Shown here piece after piece: positions 13,372 to 26,911 of a DNA stretch of 64,000 nucleotides. This DNA comes from the human T2T-CHM13v2.0 reference genome, Homo sapiens. Numbering within the stretch: the first letter of the stretch is position 1; each line of letters starts with the position of its first letter. The position numbers were made by a program, and so were the translations under genes. The stretch lies in assembly GCF_009914755.1 (NCBI RefSeq), contig NC_060937.1, one strand, 5' to 3'. The notes beneath the pieces are model-generated. The model was not told the DNA's origin. It made no database searches and saw nothing but the letters and a program-made list of their open reading frames with translations.

Positions 13372-14539
13372 CCTGATAATATTCTTCAAGGCCTGAGAAT
13401 AAAGTTATTCCAAGTACAAAGTTTAACATTTTCTTACTATATAATATCAAATGGGGGAAGTGTGCACAATTCTATCATAATCATAAACAAATTATCATTA
13501 TTAGGATCAGAATAACAAAAAAGTAACAATTCTCCTTATTCTCCTTTAAAAAAAATACTTTGTCATAAATATACTTTGCAGTAAAAGAATAATGAAGAAT
13601 GTGTTTATTTTGCTATCTCATTTTCTCCAATTTAAAAGTAAACAATTGGTTCCTATTTTATTCACCAATAAACAAGTTTTATTTTTAATTGGCGATTTGC
13701 TAATGTCATCTAGTTTAGCACATTTTAATAATGCAATTTATTAAAATGGAATAAAATGGGTACAAATAGTTTTATAGGAAAATTGATAGCCAGCCACCTC
13801 AAAATTTACTTTATTTGTGGAAAATTCAGAAAGACAGAGAAATAGGTATTTTTAGATATTACTACAATTTTTAGAAAGAGCATAACCTGCAATATGCAGA
13901 AAAGAGTATCTATGTTACCTTTTTTTGTTTGTTTGGCCTAAGTTAGCACTATAGAAAATGGTATCTTTTACTCTGAAGCCTGCTACCTGCTAGCTATTTC
14001 ACACATTAGGCTTAAAAACAATGAGAAACCTTTATTAAGGAGTAAAAGCCTTCAACAAAATATTTGAATAGAAAAAATAAGAATGTAAAACAATTCTTTC
14101 CATTTTCTATTCCCAATTAAGAGCATGGAAATTTAACCTGAACATATCAGAAAAATGAGAAAGAAATAAATTTGAATGATGCTAAAATAATCTTTCACTT
14201 CTTAAAAATTAAGCTCTAAGAACTATATCAAGAAATTTATTTTAGTGTTTACAGGATATCAAATAATTAACACTACTACTAACTGTAACAGAAAATATAA
14301 TTACAACTAAAGCAATTAGTTTCATAAAAGCAAATATAATCAGCTACTTATATATTGGCAAAAATTTTTCAAAAATTGAATCATCACCTACTATGTCCCA
14401 CAAAAATTAAAAATTAAAAAGAAACTGTATCATTCCCGTGACTTCCATAACTACGGAAGGAAAACATTGCTCTAAGCTCTCCTCCTCCCTACCTCTATTC
14501 ACTCAACACTAAATATGGCAAATAAGCAGTAGTTTAAAA

Positions 14540-15340
<801 letters not shown>

Positions 15341-16547
15341 AAAGAAATTAAACCTGTATCAAAACTTTATATAAACAGAATTCTTAATATTTATTTAAGT
15401 CTTAATATCTTCTATAGAATAGTAACCTATAAAATCCCAAACTTTTAACTGATAGTTCTCTTTCTAGATATTTACTGACTAAATATAAGTTTATCATGAC
15501 TATAGAAATGTTATTTTTCCACAGAAGAGCACCTTCAATAAAAGCAGAACTACCTATAAAAGAAATTACTTAATTTACCCCCTAAATTTTTTAAATCAAC
15601 GTAGTTTGCCTTCAAGTTCATACTCATCAATTTAATTTGTAGTTAATTAAAATAAAGGTCAGATATATTTACCTTTATGTCTAACAGCCAAAACAAATAT
15701 TCCAAATAACCAAGAATTAGACTGCAATAGTCGAAACTTTCCAATAAATGAGGAGATCATGTCATTTACCAGGACAAAACAGGGCTTTGTCTTTAACAAG
15801 CCATTATTTATCTCTTCCCTTACAGTTTAAAACCTCATGTAATGTAATACTGTTGTAAACAAAAGGATGGGACCCCAGTTTTACCAATATTTTCATAAAA
15901 CTTTTACTCTCAAATAATTATAGATTCATAGATAGTTGCAAAAAAAAATCAGATAAAGTAATGGTTCAACTTTCCTCTACAAAGTTTTCTTTAGGGCTAC
16001 TCTTCATTAATCTTCAGATGAATAAAAAGCCTGGGACCAGATGACAAAGAAACTTGTTCAAAGCACCAGATGACAGCAGATCAACCTGACAAGGAAAGAC
16101 ATAAAAAATAGAAAGGAAAAAGAAAAGCAATAGGAAGGAAAAGGAGAGCAGGGAAGGGGGAGCTCAGAGATGAGGTGGGAGAGAAGAGACAAGAAAGCAA
16201 GAGAAAAGAAAAGAGGAGGAGACTGGAAATGAGGCTAGCAGTACATGAATTAAAAGACTCTAGTCTCTCAAGCAACTAAATGGGCAAGGTCGATGTCACA
16301 GATGGGGAACACATCCCAGACCTCGAAGCCAATGTCATCTAACAAGCCCAGAATGCATGAAAAGGGGCTCTCTTACAGAGGTTCCTGCAGGACCCATGCC
16401 ATAGAGACCCTCTGGTCAGATCTTCAATCCTGCCTATTCGAAGAGAACCAAATCACAACATAGGGTTCCTCACTGGCTATTCACTAACACTGTCATCTGA
16501 AATGTCATACTAAATTATTAGTTTCACAGCTCCTATCATATTCTCAT

Positions 16548-16842
16548 TTTTTTTTTTTCTTGAGTCAGAGTCTCGCTCAGTCACCCAGGCTGGAGTGCAG
16601 TGGCACGATCTTGGCTCACTGCAACCACTGTCTCCGGGGTTCAAGTGATTCTCCTGTTTTAGCCTCCTGAGTAGCTGGGATTACAGGCACCTGCCATCAT
16701 GCCCGGCTAATTTTTGTATTTTAGTAGAGATGGGGTTTCACCATGTTGGCCAGGCTGGTCTTGAACTCCTGACATCAGGTGATCTGCCTGCCTCAGCCTC
16801 CCAAAGTGCTAGGATTACAGGCATGAGCCACCGCGCCCAGCC
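16548..16842 (-). mobile_element. AluSx-like
   Basis: Alu consensus with poly-T. Confidence 0.92.
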
Positions 16843-17603
16843 TATTATTTTTAAAATACCATTTGTTTACTTTTAATTTTTCACTTTATTTTTTTATTTC
16901 AGATTTAGCTTTTCTATTCCTAATATACCAAGAAACAATAAAATGGCCAAGCACCCAGAACCTTTAAAAAAAAACTATAACTTTTTACTTTTATTAAGTG
17001 TGAAAGAGATTTACTTCATATCTATTAACACATTGGCTTTGAAACTTTGCTGCACGTTAGGATCACCTGAGGATCATTTTAAATTTCCCAATGTCCAGGT
17101 CACACCATGCCAATTAAGTTTTAGAAGTACGGAGGTGAGAATCAGGTATTAGTATTTTTTAAGATGACCACTTTTGAACAATTATACCAATAAAAGCCTC
17201 TTTTCCTTTTTTTAAAAAAAGAAAGAGAAATTAAATGAATATTATTCAGCTTGAATACTTAAATGTTTAAGTCTAAATGTGTCTTTTTAGCAGTATTTTT
17301 GGAAACATCTATAACCTTGGGTTTCCTTATTATTCACGTAAGCTCAACTTTTCAGTTATTAAAACAATGAAAAGCCCTAATCGACCTAATTGGCAAAACA
17401 TCTCAAAAGTTAAAGTAATTTAAGAGACTAACATAGAATAAACAGTTCATAGAACTATGATAATATCTCATACAGGGAAATCTAATAATTCTACTACACG
17501 AAAAGCAACCTAGGAAATAACCATTGTTGTGTGCCAAGATGTATCTATAAGATAAATTATGACACAGTACAAATAGGAATTCTATATTCTAAAAATAATG
17601 CTA

Positions 17604-17911
<308 letters not shown>

Positions 17912-18035
17912 CTATAAAAGAATATTAAAAGGCATGCAGAGCTTCATAACAATGTTTTCATATAAACCAATCATAAAACCGTTAAAAGTAATATATGCCA
18001 TTTAAAAACAGATTTTATATACACACAAAACTTAC

Positions 18036-18141
18036 TTGCAGTTGAACTGAATTGTGCCGGAGGCCTTCCACAATACAAAAAAATCTGTCAATTTTTTTTT
18101 CTTCACCAGCTGAAGTTAAAGCTTCTAAAACTTCTTCAAGG
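18036..18141 (-). CDS. DIAPH3: DIAPH3 coding exon (probably exon 9), 106 nt, FH3/DID region
   Basis: ccaatag|CCTTGAA...CTGCAA|gtaagt; (I)LEEVLEALTSAGEEKKIDRFFCIVEGLRHNSVQLQ. Confidence 0.96.
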
Positions 18142-18259
18142 CTATTGGAAAATTTGAGTCAATTAAATTGCAAGTAGCAAACACAAATGCCATAATACAA
18201 TTGCTTTATCCTACTAAAGAAGTCAATACCCTAAGCAGCCAATATATTTTAGAAGTAGA

Positions 18260-18605
18260 TTACTGAGTACATACCATGTATCAAGCACAGTTCTAAGCAT
18301 GTTACATTTTAATCATTTATCCCTGACAATAACCCTGTGAAGATGTTTATCAAGCATTTATATAATGCTTACTACACATCAGGCACCATTTAAGCCACTT
18401 TACAAACATCAACTCATTTTAAAGTATATAACAATTGTTTGAGGTAGGTACTATAATTAACCCGTATTATAGATTAGGAGACTAAGGCAGAAAAAGGTTA
18501 AGCAATCTGTCCAAGGTCTCATATCTGTGAAATGGTGGAGCAAGAATCTGAAACCAGACAGTTTATGTGGTGGGCACCATATAAATGCTCTCAACCACTG
18601 CACTC
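18260..18605. mobile_element. MIR fragments (another at ~1-200)
   Basis: GAGGTAGGTACTAT..ATAGATTAGGAGACTAAGGCAGAAAAAGGTTAAG core. Confidence 0.7.
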
Positions 18606-20024
18606 TTATGCCTCACAAGTTTAAGTAAATGAAGCTGAGTGATAGTCGAAAATATATAATAGTATGGTATTATAAATATTCAAATATAAAATATAATAAT
18701 TATGCAAAAACTATACTTCCTCTTCTTTTAAGTAATAGTTAACAGCATCCAGCACACTGGAGAAGCTCACAGTTCGTGGACATGGGCATGCAGTCCTAAA
18801 TGTTACTTACAGGATCTTGATACCCATTCTGAAGTCAAGAAACAAGGAAAAGGGAAGGATAACAGAATAGGGAAGGGAAAAGAAAAGCAAGGAAGAGTCC
18901 AAGAGGAAAGAGGAGGAAGAAAAGGGAAAAAGAGGAGGTTAAAAGACAGAATTAAAAAATGATGGGGGAAAGGGGAAAGGAAGAAAGTGGGAAGGGAAGC
19001 TCAGAAAGTATCATATGTCCACATAAATTTCACTCTTAGATTTGTACACCAACATTTATATGGCCTTAAATACTGAAGCTGTATGCCTGGCTTTGCACGC
19101 TTGGGACTGCTGCTGGGTGTGGCAACACCTCTTCTATAGATAAACACTGTAGGCACACTTTGCGGGCAGACTGCCAGGCTGAGGCCGAGTGGTGTCTTTG
19201 ACTATCCAACCATCAAGCCGAACCTGCTCAATCCCACCAACTCCAGCAGGACCTCCACAAGGCTGATTTTCAAATGAACACAGGAGGCTCCCCTTACAGG
19301 ACTCTGCCAACCCCTACATATGGGGGATATTTCTGTTAGTTCTTTTGCCTGTTTAGTTTTTACATTTTTATCTTTTTTAAAAGGCATTTTAAATAATTTT
19401 TAAATGCTTCCTGATAATTAGAACCCTAATTTTTAAAAATCTTTATCTTTATAATTATCTTTAATATGTATGTAATGGTATTTAATTATACTCCTAACAA
19501 ATGTGGTTAAGTTCTTTACAGCTCTAGTGTGTGCTTTATGCTCAAGGACTTTGTACCCTCAACCAGTAAACTACTATTACATAAATCACTTTCTAATCTG
19601 CCTTATATATAGATTTCCAAATCGTAATATGTTTGCTTTTACAAGGGGATAGAGAAGACCTACAGTTTGAAATAATTCTATGTGGGGAAAAAAAATCACA
19701 TAAGAAATAGAACCATTTGTATATTTTCAAAGCCTCCATTTAGAATTTTTTTTAATTTAGGGTTTCAGTTAAAAAAACAGTTTAAATATGATAAGGAAAT
19801 CAGTTTTTCATAGAAGTATGTTAGACCATAACTAATAAATCAATTAAGAGAAATAATTACTCAAAAATTTCCAGCCAATAAGAAACTATATTAGCTGCTT
19901 AAATATACCTCAACATTTATTTAAATTCTAGTAAATTCTAGCCTAGAGTAGATAATGAAACATTAAATGAATCAATCTGTATTAAATTATTATATAATTA
20001 GGGGAATATGTTGATAACACTTAC

Positions 20025-20161
20025 ATGCTTTCTTCCCCTACAATGCATACCGCAGAGAGAAGTTTAACCACATCTGTCATCATATTGGGGTGTCTGGGAT
20101 CCACGGCTTTGGCCAATAAGGAAAGGCTCCTCTCCTCACTCATAATTCTTTCCAAGCCATA
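20025..20161 (-). CDS. DIAPH3: DIAPH3 coding exon (probably exon 8), 137 nt
   Basis: attatag|TATGGC...GAAAGCAT|gtaagt; YGLERIMSEERSLSLLAKAVDPRHPNMMTDVVKLLSAVCIVGEES(I). Confidence 0.96.
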
Positions 20162-20315
20162 CTATAATATTTTGAAAATAAGAGGTCAAATGTTAGAAAT
20201 TAGTTAGAAAAATAATACCCTGAAGGAAATGTAGTTATTAAAAAAAATTTATAGGACATTTTTACACTTACTAAAGCTAAAAAATATAGACTGTGTAACA
20301 CTCTAAAAAGTTCAT

Positions 20316-20617
<302 letters not shown>

Positions 20618-20894
20618 AGTTCATAAGGGTATTCACTTTATGTCAAGAACCACAAAACTAAACCAAATAAAGATAACTCAAGGTGATCTTACAACAATAC
20701 AGCTGACAATTATTAAGACAGGTTAAGTAGCCAAATTGAGAAAGTGGGAAGCAGTCAGAAACATGGGATTTGCCAACAGAAGCATATGAAACAAACAGCC
20801 AGATACGGAACCAGACACTGAGGCCATGAAAATCTTTTTCCTGGGAAGGAAGGTTGGTAAGAGATATATTATCATAAGCAAACACACAGATCAA

Positions 20895-21170
20895 CACTGT
20901 CCAAGAGAAATATAATGTAAACCACATGAGTAATTTAAAAATTTCAAGCAAGCAAAACTATTTTCAATAAAATTAATCCAATATACCCCAAATATTACCA
21001 TTTCAACATATAACCAATATAAAACATTTATTGATGACATTTCACTTCTTTTTCTTCCTAAATAGTTGAAATCCAGTGTGTATTTTATACTGTAGCACAT
21101 CTCAATTCAGACTAGCCACACTTCAAATGCTCAGAAGCCACATGTAGCTACCATATTACAAAATACAGGC
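20895..21170. mobile_element. MER3/MER33-like element (related copies at ~40225-40395 and ~45805-45990)
   Basis: CTAGCCACACTTCAAATGCTCAGAAGCCACATGT motif shared with the other copies. Confidence 0.65.
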
Positions 21171-22540
21171 CTAGATATTAGCACTTAGTTCATAAATAAG
21201 CAAAAACTGAAGGATGATTTGAGCAGATACCATGTAGAAACTGCCACAATGGGCACAGGTATTCTAATCACAATGGTATTTATTATAAGGAAAACAATGC
21301 AGTTGTAAACTCATTCTATAAATGAGACGATTGGGATTAGGATAAAGTTTATTTACTACTGCCAGGAAGTCAAATCCAATTAGAAGATAAGTTATGTTAA
21401 TGATGTATCTATGAAAGATAACTGTCAAAATACAGAAGATGAATAGAAACAATAAAACAGTACTATTTATCTAGCATGCATCTCAGAGGATCCTACTAAA
21501 GCATGAGAACTGACTAATCAGAGTTACTACCAAACACTAAAAAAGGGCCTTATTCCCAATTACAAGCCTATGAACTAAACTCAAAATCAGCACTACATGT
21601 AAGCATTGAAGTTGAATCTATAACCAGCTTAGACCCAAGTACTTTGATTGTGATAAAATCCTATTTATAACTTTCCTATCTTGTATATGGCCATTTATGC
21701 AAAGAAACCTTGTACTGGGCTGAAATACTCCATTTACTTTAAACCACTATCTGAGAAACACAGGAACAATGGAGAAAGTATGAGGAAAGGCCAAGGGCCC
21801 AAGAATATGAATTTTGGAGAGATTACTCTGTCTTGTTAGTAATAGGGAAAAGTTTACAACAAGACAGCTAAACAGTCAGGAAATACTTACTTTTATGATA
21901 GCCTGGGCTATTACCTAACTGGAAAAAGAATGAAAAGGCAGGCACAGGACCAGAAACTACAATATGCCTTGCTAATCATTCCAGGGAATTGTCAGGTTTA
22001 TAAAGTACCACTTAGATTCAATTCAGAAAGTCAGTCAATGATTACCAAGTACACAAGAGCTGGCTCTGTCCTAATAAATCTGGGAATTGAGTAAAGCTTG
22101 CCTCTAGCATTTCCCCTTCTTTTCCCACCTACCTGGTTGTCCTTAGCTAACACCTGCCCTTCTAGAATCAGAATCCTGTGACTCCTCCAGCCACCCAAGG
22201 TGACTCATGCTGACTTCCTCCAAGTGATACTACCTGCCTTCTCTGCCAAACCCTCTGGCCCTAACCTATCATGTATGAAAGGTGAAATAGGAGCATACTC
22301 TGATTTCACAGTTTTAACCATCATCCTGTGACCCCAAAAGTCCATCACAGGTAACGTTCTCTGATTTTGGTAATGCAAAAATGTGTCACACTCATTTTAA
22401 GACTGGAATGAGGCCAATTACTACTACTCAGTATCTATAAATACAGAATTGCTACTTGTATAAATTACTCTCAATTATTTAAAAAACATAGCAAAACAAA
22501 ACAAAAACTGTTGACTCTGTGTGAGAAGTTGTCAACTTAC

Positions 22541-22900
22541 CAGTGCTCGGATTAAAGTGCATTTAATGAGGGCTGTTTTAGGTTAGAGAGGCATGACAAA
22601 TTTTGAAAGGTCTAAGGATGTATCTTTCCTGAATGTCAAGGACCCACTCCGGACAATATGGTAACTGGCCTGTTCTAAACTGAGGATCAATGCCAGGTTC
22701 CGCCTGCATTCCACATGAGGCCTATTATTAGCTAATAGATGGAATTTCAGGCACTGAAGATGATGTTTTAGGTAGAGGAAAGTTAATGCTCTAAATCCTC
22801 GTGTAGGACGCCCAACATCTGGATGCACACAGCATGACTACTAGTGCTGAGCAGCCACCCACAGTGAGTTAATCCCAGTAGCAGAAATAATGTGGTTAAA
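22541..22900 (-). promoter_or_regulatory. Candidate internal first exon/promoter of the short DIAPH3 isoform (5' boundary unknown)
   Basis: Perfect donor CTG|GTAAGT at 22541/22540 in a repeat-free stretch with retained CpGs; the next exon contains in-frame ATG (20143-20141, A at -3) giving MSEERSLSLL, the recalled N-terminus of the short isoform. Confidence 0.55.
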
Positions 22901-24458
22901 GTTGCTGGCTTCAGAAGCAAAGCACCCGCACCTTGGGTGCACTCTTCAAAGCAACACACACAGTTAACTGACCAAACTGAAGTCTCTGTTCTAATTACCT
23001 TTCAATTTGAATATACTAACTTTTCATCCTTATTATCTTTTCTTTCCCCTACGCAATTAAAATTCTCTTCCATTTAAAAAATACTCTTAGTCCAATTTAA
23101 TGTTATAAGAAATTCACTTTCATGTAATGTTATCAAATTTGCCCATTAATTGTATAATTAATTACTAGTACCAAATAAGGTACCACATTTTTTTCCTCTT
23201 AAAACTTATATTTTCACCATTCAATGAATGCTAATAAAGACTGTATAAGTGAGGTTTAACAAATTTTGTACTTATAGATGTGATCAAATAAAGATTAAGA
23301 CAACCATTAACCAATCTTGAAGGGAAAAAAAACTTCACCAAAAATTTCACATATTGCTAGGTTTAGAGTTCAGACACTATAATACTAAGTAACAATAACT
23401 TAAATTAACTTTTTATTCTTAATAACACAGATAAAAGCACCAAATAAAATGGCAATATTTTATAGCTCCATGTATATAAACTACAAGCAACAAAAATCTC
23501 TTAAGAGAAAAATAGTATATTAATTAGAAAATAAAGTTCAATCTTCCTCAGATTCATTATGAAACAAAGTAAGAATATTATCTTCTATTTACCACCTTAA
23601 TTTAACCATGATATTCTTCTTAAATTCAAATTATGATCCAAATGTCCCTTTGGTTTAAAAAAAGTTCCTAGATTTTTTCTACTTTTGGCTTTTCCATCAC
23701 CAATGAAATTTCCAATTTCTATATTCTCACTTTAAAAAGGGCTTCCTAAACCAGTTCTATGTACTTAGTGGGCAAAGACCTCTCCCTATCAGCAATTTGA
23801 TTCTTTCATTCATTTACTCTTAAAACAGATATGTAAAAAGCTACCTTATATATCTAATATCTGATTTTCAAAGAACCGTGAATTCAGCATAGAAAGGAGT
23901 TGTGATTCCTACATCACATATTTTCTTTGAAAATAATATCTGTTTAGAGGAGGCAAGGAAGAAAAAATATTTCATTGGTTAAAAATAGAAAGCTTAGCTC
24001 CAGAAAATGCTTAAAAATACACAGTTTAACAAGACAAAAATAATTAGAAAATATAAATATTTGCTAATACATGTAGTAAAATAAATATAAAATAAATCAA
24101 TAATTTACGTACTAGTACTTAAGTGTGTAGCCCTATAAAAGTTTGTTTTTAAATTAGAATAAGGCAAAATATTATAATTAAAATTAATCAGAAATATACA
24201 GATGCTTTTGCTATAAAACAAAAATAATCGTACCACCACAGGTAAAATTTCCCCCCCTGCTGTCTAACAGCAACTTAAACACCTATCATCACTTCACACA
24301 TCATGAGGTAAATGTGTTTAGATGCTGGAGCTTAAAGAAACAGCATAGGATAATGCTAATTTCTACAGTTAACAGTATAAAAGCAAAAAAGAAACATTGC
24401 TAGATAAACCTAAAATCTAACTTCAGTAAAGAGCTTAAGAATTCCTCTTTTTTTCTAG

Positions 24459-24782
24459 TTTTTTTGTTTTGTTTTGTTTTGTTTTGTTTTGTTTTGTTTT
24501 GTTTAAGGACAGGGATTCACTTTGTCTCCCAGGCTGGAGTGCAGTGATTCGATCACAGTTCACTATAACCTCAAACTCCTGGGCTCAAGCCACCCTTTCA
24601 TCTCAGCCTCCTGAGTAGCTGGGACTGCAGGCATGTGCCGCCATGCCCAGCTATTTGTTTTACTTTTTGTAGAGATGGCGTCTCACTATGTTGCCCAGGC
24701 TGGTCTCAAACTCCTAGCCTCAAGCAATCCCTCCTGCCTCGGCATCCCAAAGCGGTAAGATTATAGGTGAGAGCCACAAGCA
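24459..24782 (-). mobile_element. AluJ with (GTTTT)n tail
   Basis: AluJ diagnostics (CTCCTGGGCTCAAGC, CTCACTATGTTGCCCAGG). Confidence 0.9.
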
Positions 24783-25404
24783 GGTTTCTCCCTTCTAATG
24801 TAACCTCTTTAACTATGCAAATTCCTCCATATTACGTTTATTCTCAATATTACTTGGGTTAAGCCTCATTGCTCTATTTCTGAGACCTGCTTATATCTGT
24901 TTACATTAATTTCATTGTAGATTTTAAATTCCTAGAATATAAGAAATCTTCCTAACTTGAACCTTTGGTAATAAGTATTATTGCAGCTCACATTTAATAA
25001 TCATGATCTTAAAGCTGACTCACGCCGTACTTTTGAGAGTTAGGAGAGGGAGGAAATGAAGGAAGGAAGAAAAGAGGAAGAGTAGGACAAAAAAGCAGAG
25101 AAAGGGTGGTGGGTGGAGAGAAAAAAAGAAAGAAGATGGGGTTGGGGTGGGCAGGGTTGAGAGGGAGGAAAGGGTGGGGAGAGATAATTAACCTATACAT
25201 GAGGAGTTCAGCACCAGAAGAGGTTTATTCATTATCAAGTTTCTCCTATTGCAAGACAGTTGAAACTAGAATTCAATAAAATTCAATATTTTTCCATCAT
25301 GTACTAAAAAACACATCAGAACAATTTACCATCACTTTACTGCAACTGAAAATCATATATTACAAAATTGGTGACGGACAAATACTAATTACGTATGTAC
25401 ATAC

Positions 25405-25474
25405 CTGCGTATTCATCAGGGCTTTTAGACACTGTATGACTTTATGTTGATTTTTCTTTACAACTTTTTCTTGG
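25405..25474 (-). CDS. DIAPH3: DIAPH3 coding exon (probably exon 7), 70 nt
   Basis: atacag|CCAAGAA...ACGCAG|gtatgt; (I)QEKVVKKNQHKVIQCLKALMNTQ; separated from previous exon by an 88-nt intron. Confidence 0.96.
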
Positions 25475-25562
25475 CTGTATTGACATAAAAAATAGCAGTG
25501 TTGGAATTATAATTGGACATATGAATGATGCTTACTTGAAAATAATTATTAGCAATACTTAC

Positions 25563-25637
25563 ATTTTTCCACTAATCAGTTTTTCCAAAATGTCTAATAA
25601 TAATCCAAGCCCTTCATGTCCAAAGCTTTCCACCCAA
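25563..25637 (-). CDS. DIAPH3: DIAPH3 coding exon (probably exon 6), 75 nt
   Basis: tttttcag|TTGGGTG...GGAAAAAT|gtaagt; (S)WVESFGHEGLGLLLDILEKLISGK(I); frame continues from previous exon. Confidence 0.96.
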
Positions 25638-25820
25638 CTGAAAAACAGAAAAAAGATAGTTACACATTGTCAGTAACGCAGCTTGTGTTATCATATTATA
25701 TACCTACAAGTATTTTATATTTGCTATATTCCTAATCGTAACTAAAACATAAGAATAACACCATATATAAAAATTATTCATGACTCATCTTAGTTGTGAA
25801 AGAAGCAAAGATGGATATGC

Positions 25821-26025
25821 CAATAGTGTGCTAAACTCCGCTTGCACAGGCTTGTAAGAGCAGACTGTGCCCATCTCTTCCATGGTTCATGTTTAGGGAC
25901 ATCACGTGGGTAGCTTGAAATCAGCCACAGTGAAAGTATTCACACCAAAGAAACTGGCAAACCAATCAGAGCCTCCCCCACCCACGCACCCAGAGCTGGC
26001 TCTAAACATTTACCAGCATACCACT
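25821..26025. mobile_element. MER63A-like hAT DNA transposon
   Basis: GACATCACGTGGGTAGCTTGAAATCAGCCA and AAACATTTACCAGCATACCACT terminal motif. Confidence 0.7.
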
Positions 26026-26600
26026 AATTACAGCCCATTTGGGGCTATGCCAAAGAAGACAAATTGTACAAGTGAGTAAAGATCTATGGAGGAAAGATGT
26101 AGATCAACATAAAGAAAAAGATTACTGGCAAAAATTAATTAAAAAAAAGAGATGCTTTAGCAGAATTCCCCAAACCACTGAAATACATTCCTACAAATGT
26201 TAAGAATTTCCTAAGTTTCAAAGTTCAGTTGCTTTAAAAACAAACAAACAAACAAACAAACTGCATCACTGGGTTTTAAATGAGTTATCTCCATGTTCAC
26301 CAAACCAAACCTGTCCCATAAACCCACTGACCCAATCACAGGCCTTTACATAACTAGAACATTACTGTCACTAGACAACAGCTTGCCTGGATTACATGAA
26401 AACTACCTCGCTAGAAATGAATACCTTTTCTCAGTGGAGATTAGTAAACCTAGGCCAATAAATAATAACAATGATAATAATCTGTCACCAAAAGAATGAA
26501 GGAAAGAAAAGATATATGTGTGTATATTTATTTGTATGCCTGTACTTATATATGTGATTTTATATATGTGTATGTGTACTGTTTGAACAGTAAGATGTTA

Positions 26601-26911
<311 letters not shown>

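Noticed and set aside
18840-19000. GA-rich tracts (also ~16100-16230, ~47240-47310)
   Set aside because: Ordinary low-complexity purine runs; the Leu/Phe/Ser-rich ORFs opposite such tracts are compositional artefacts
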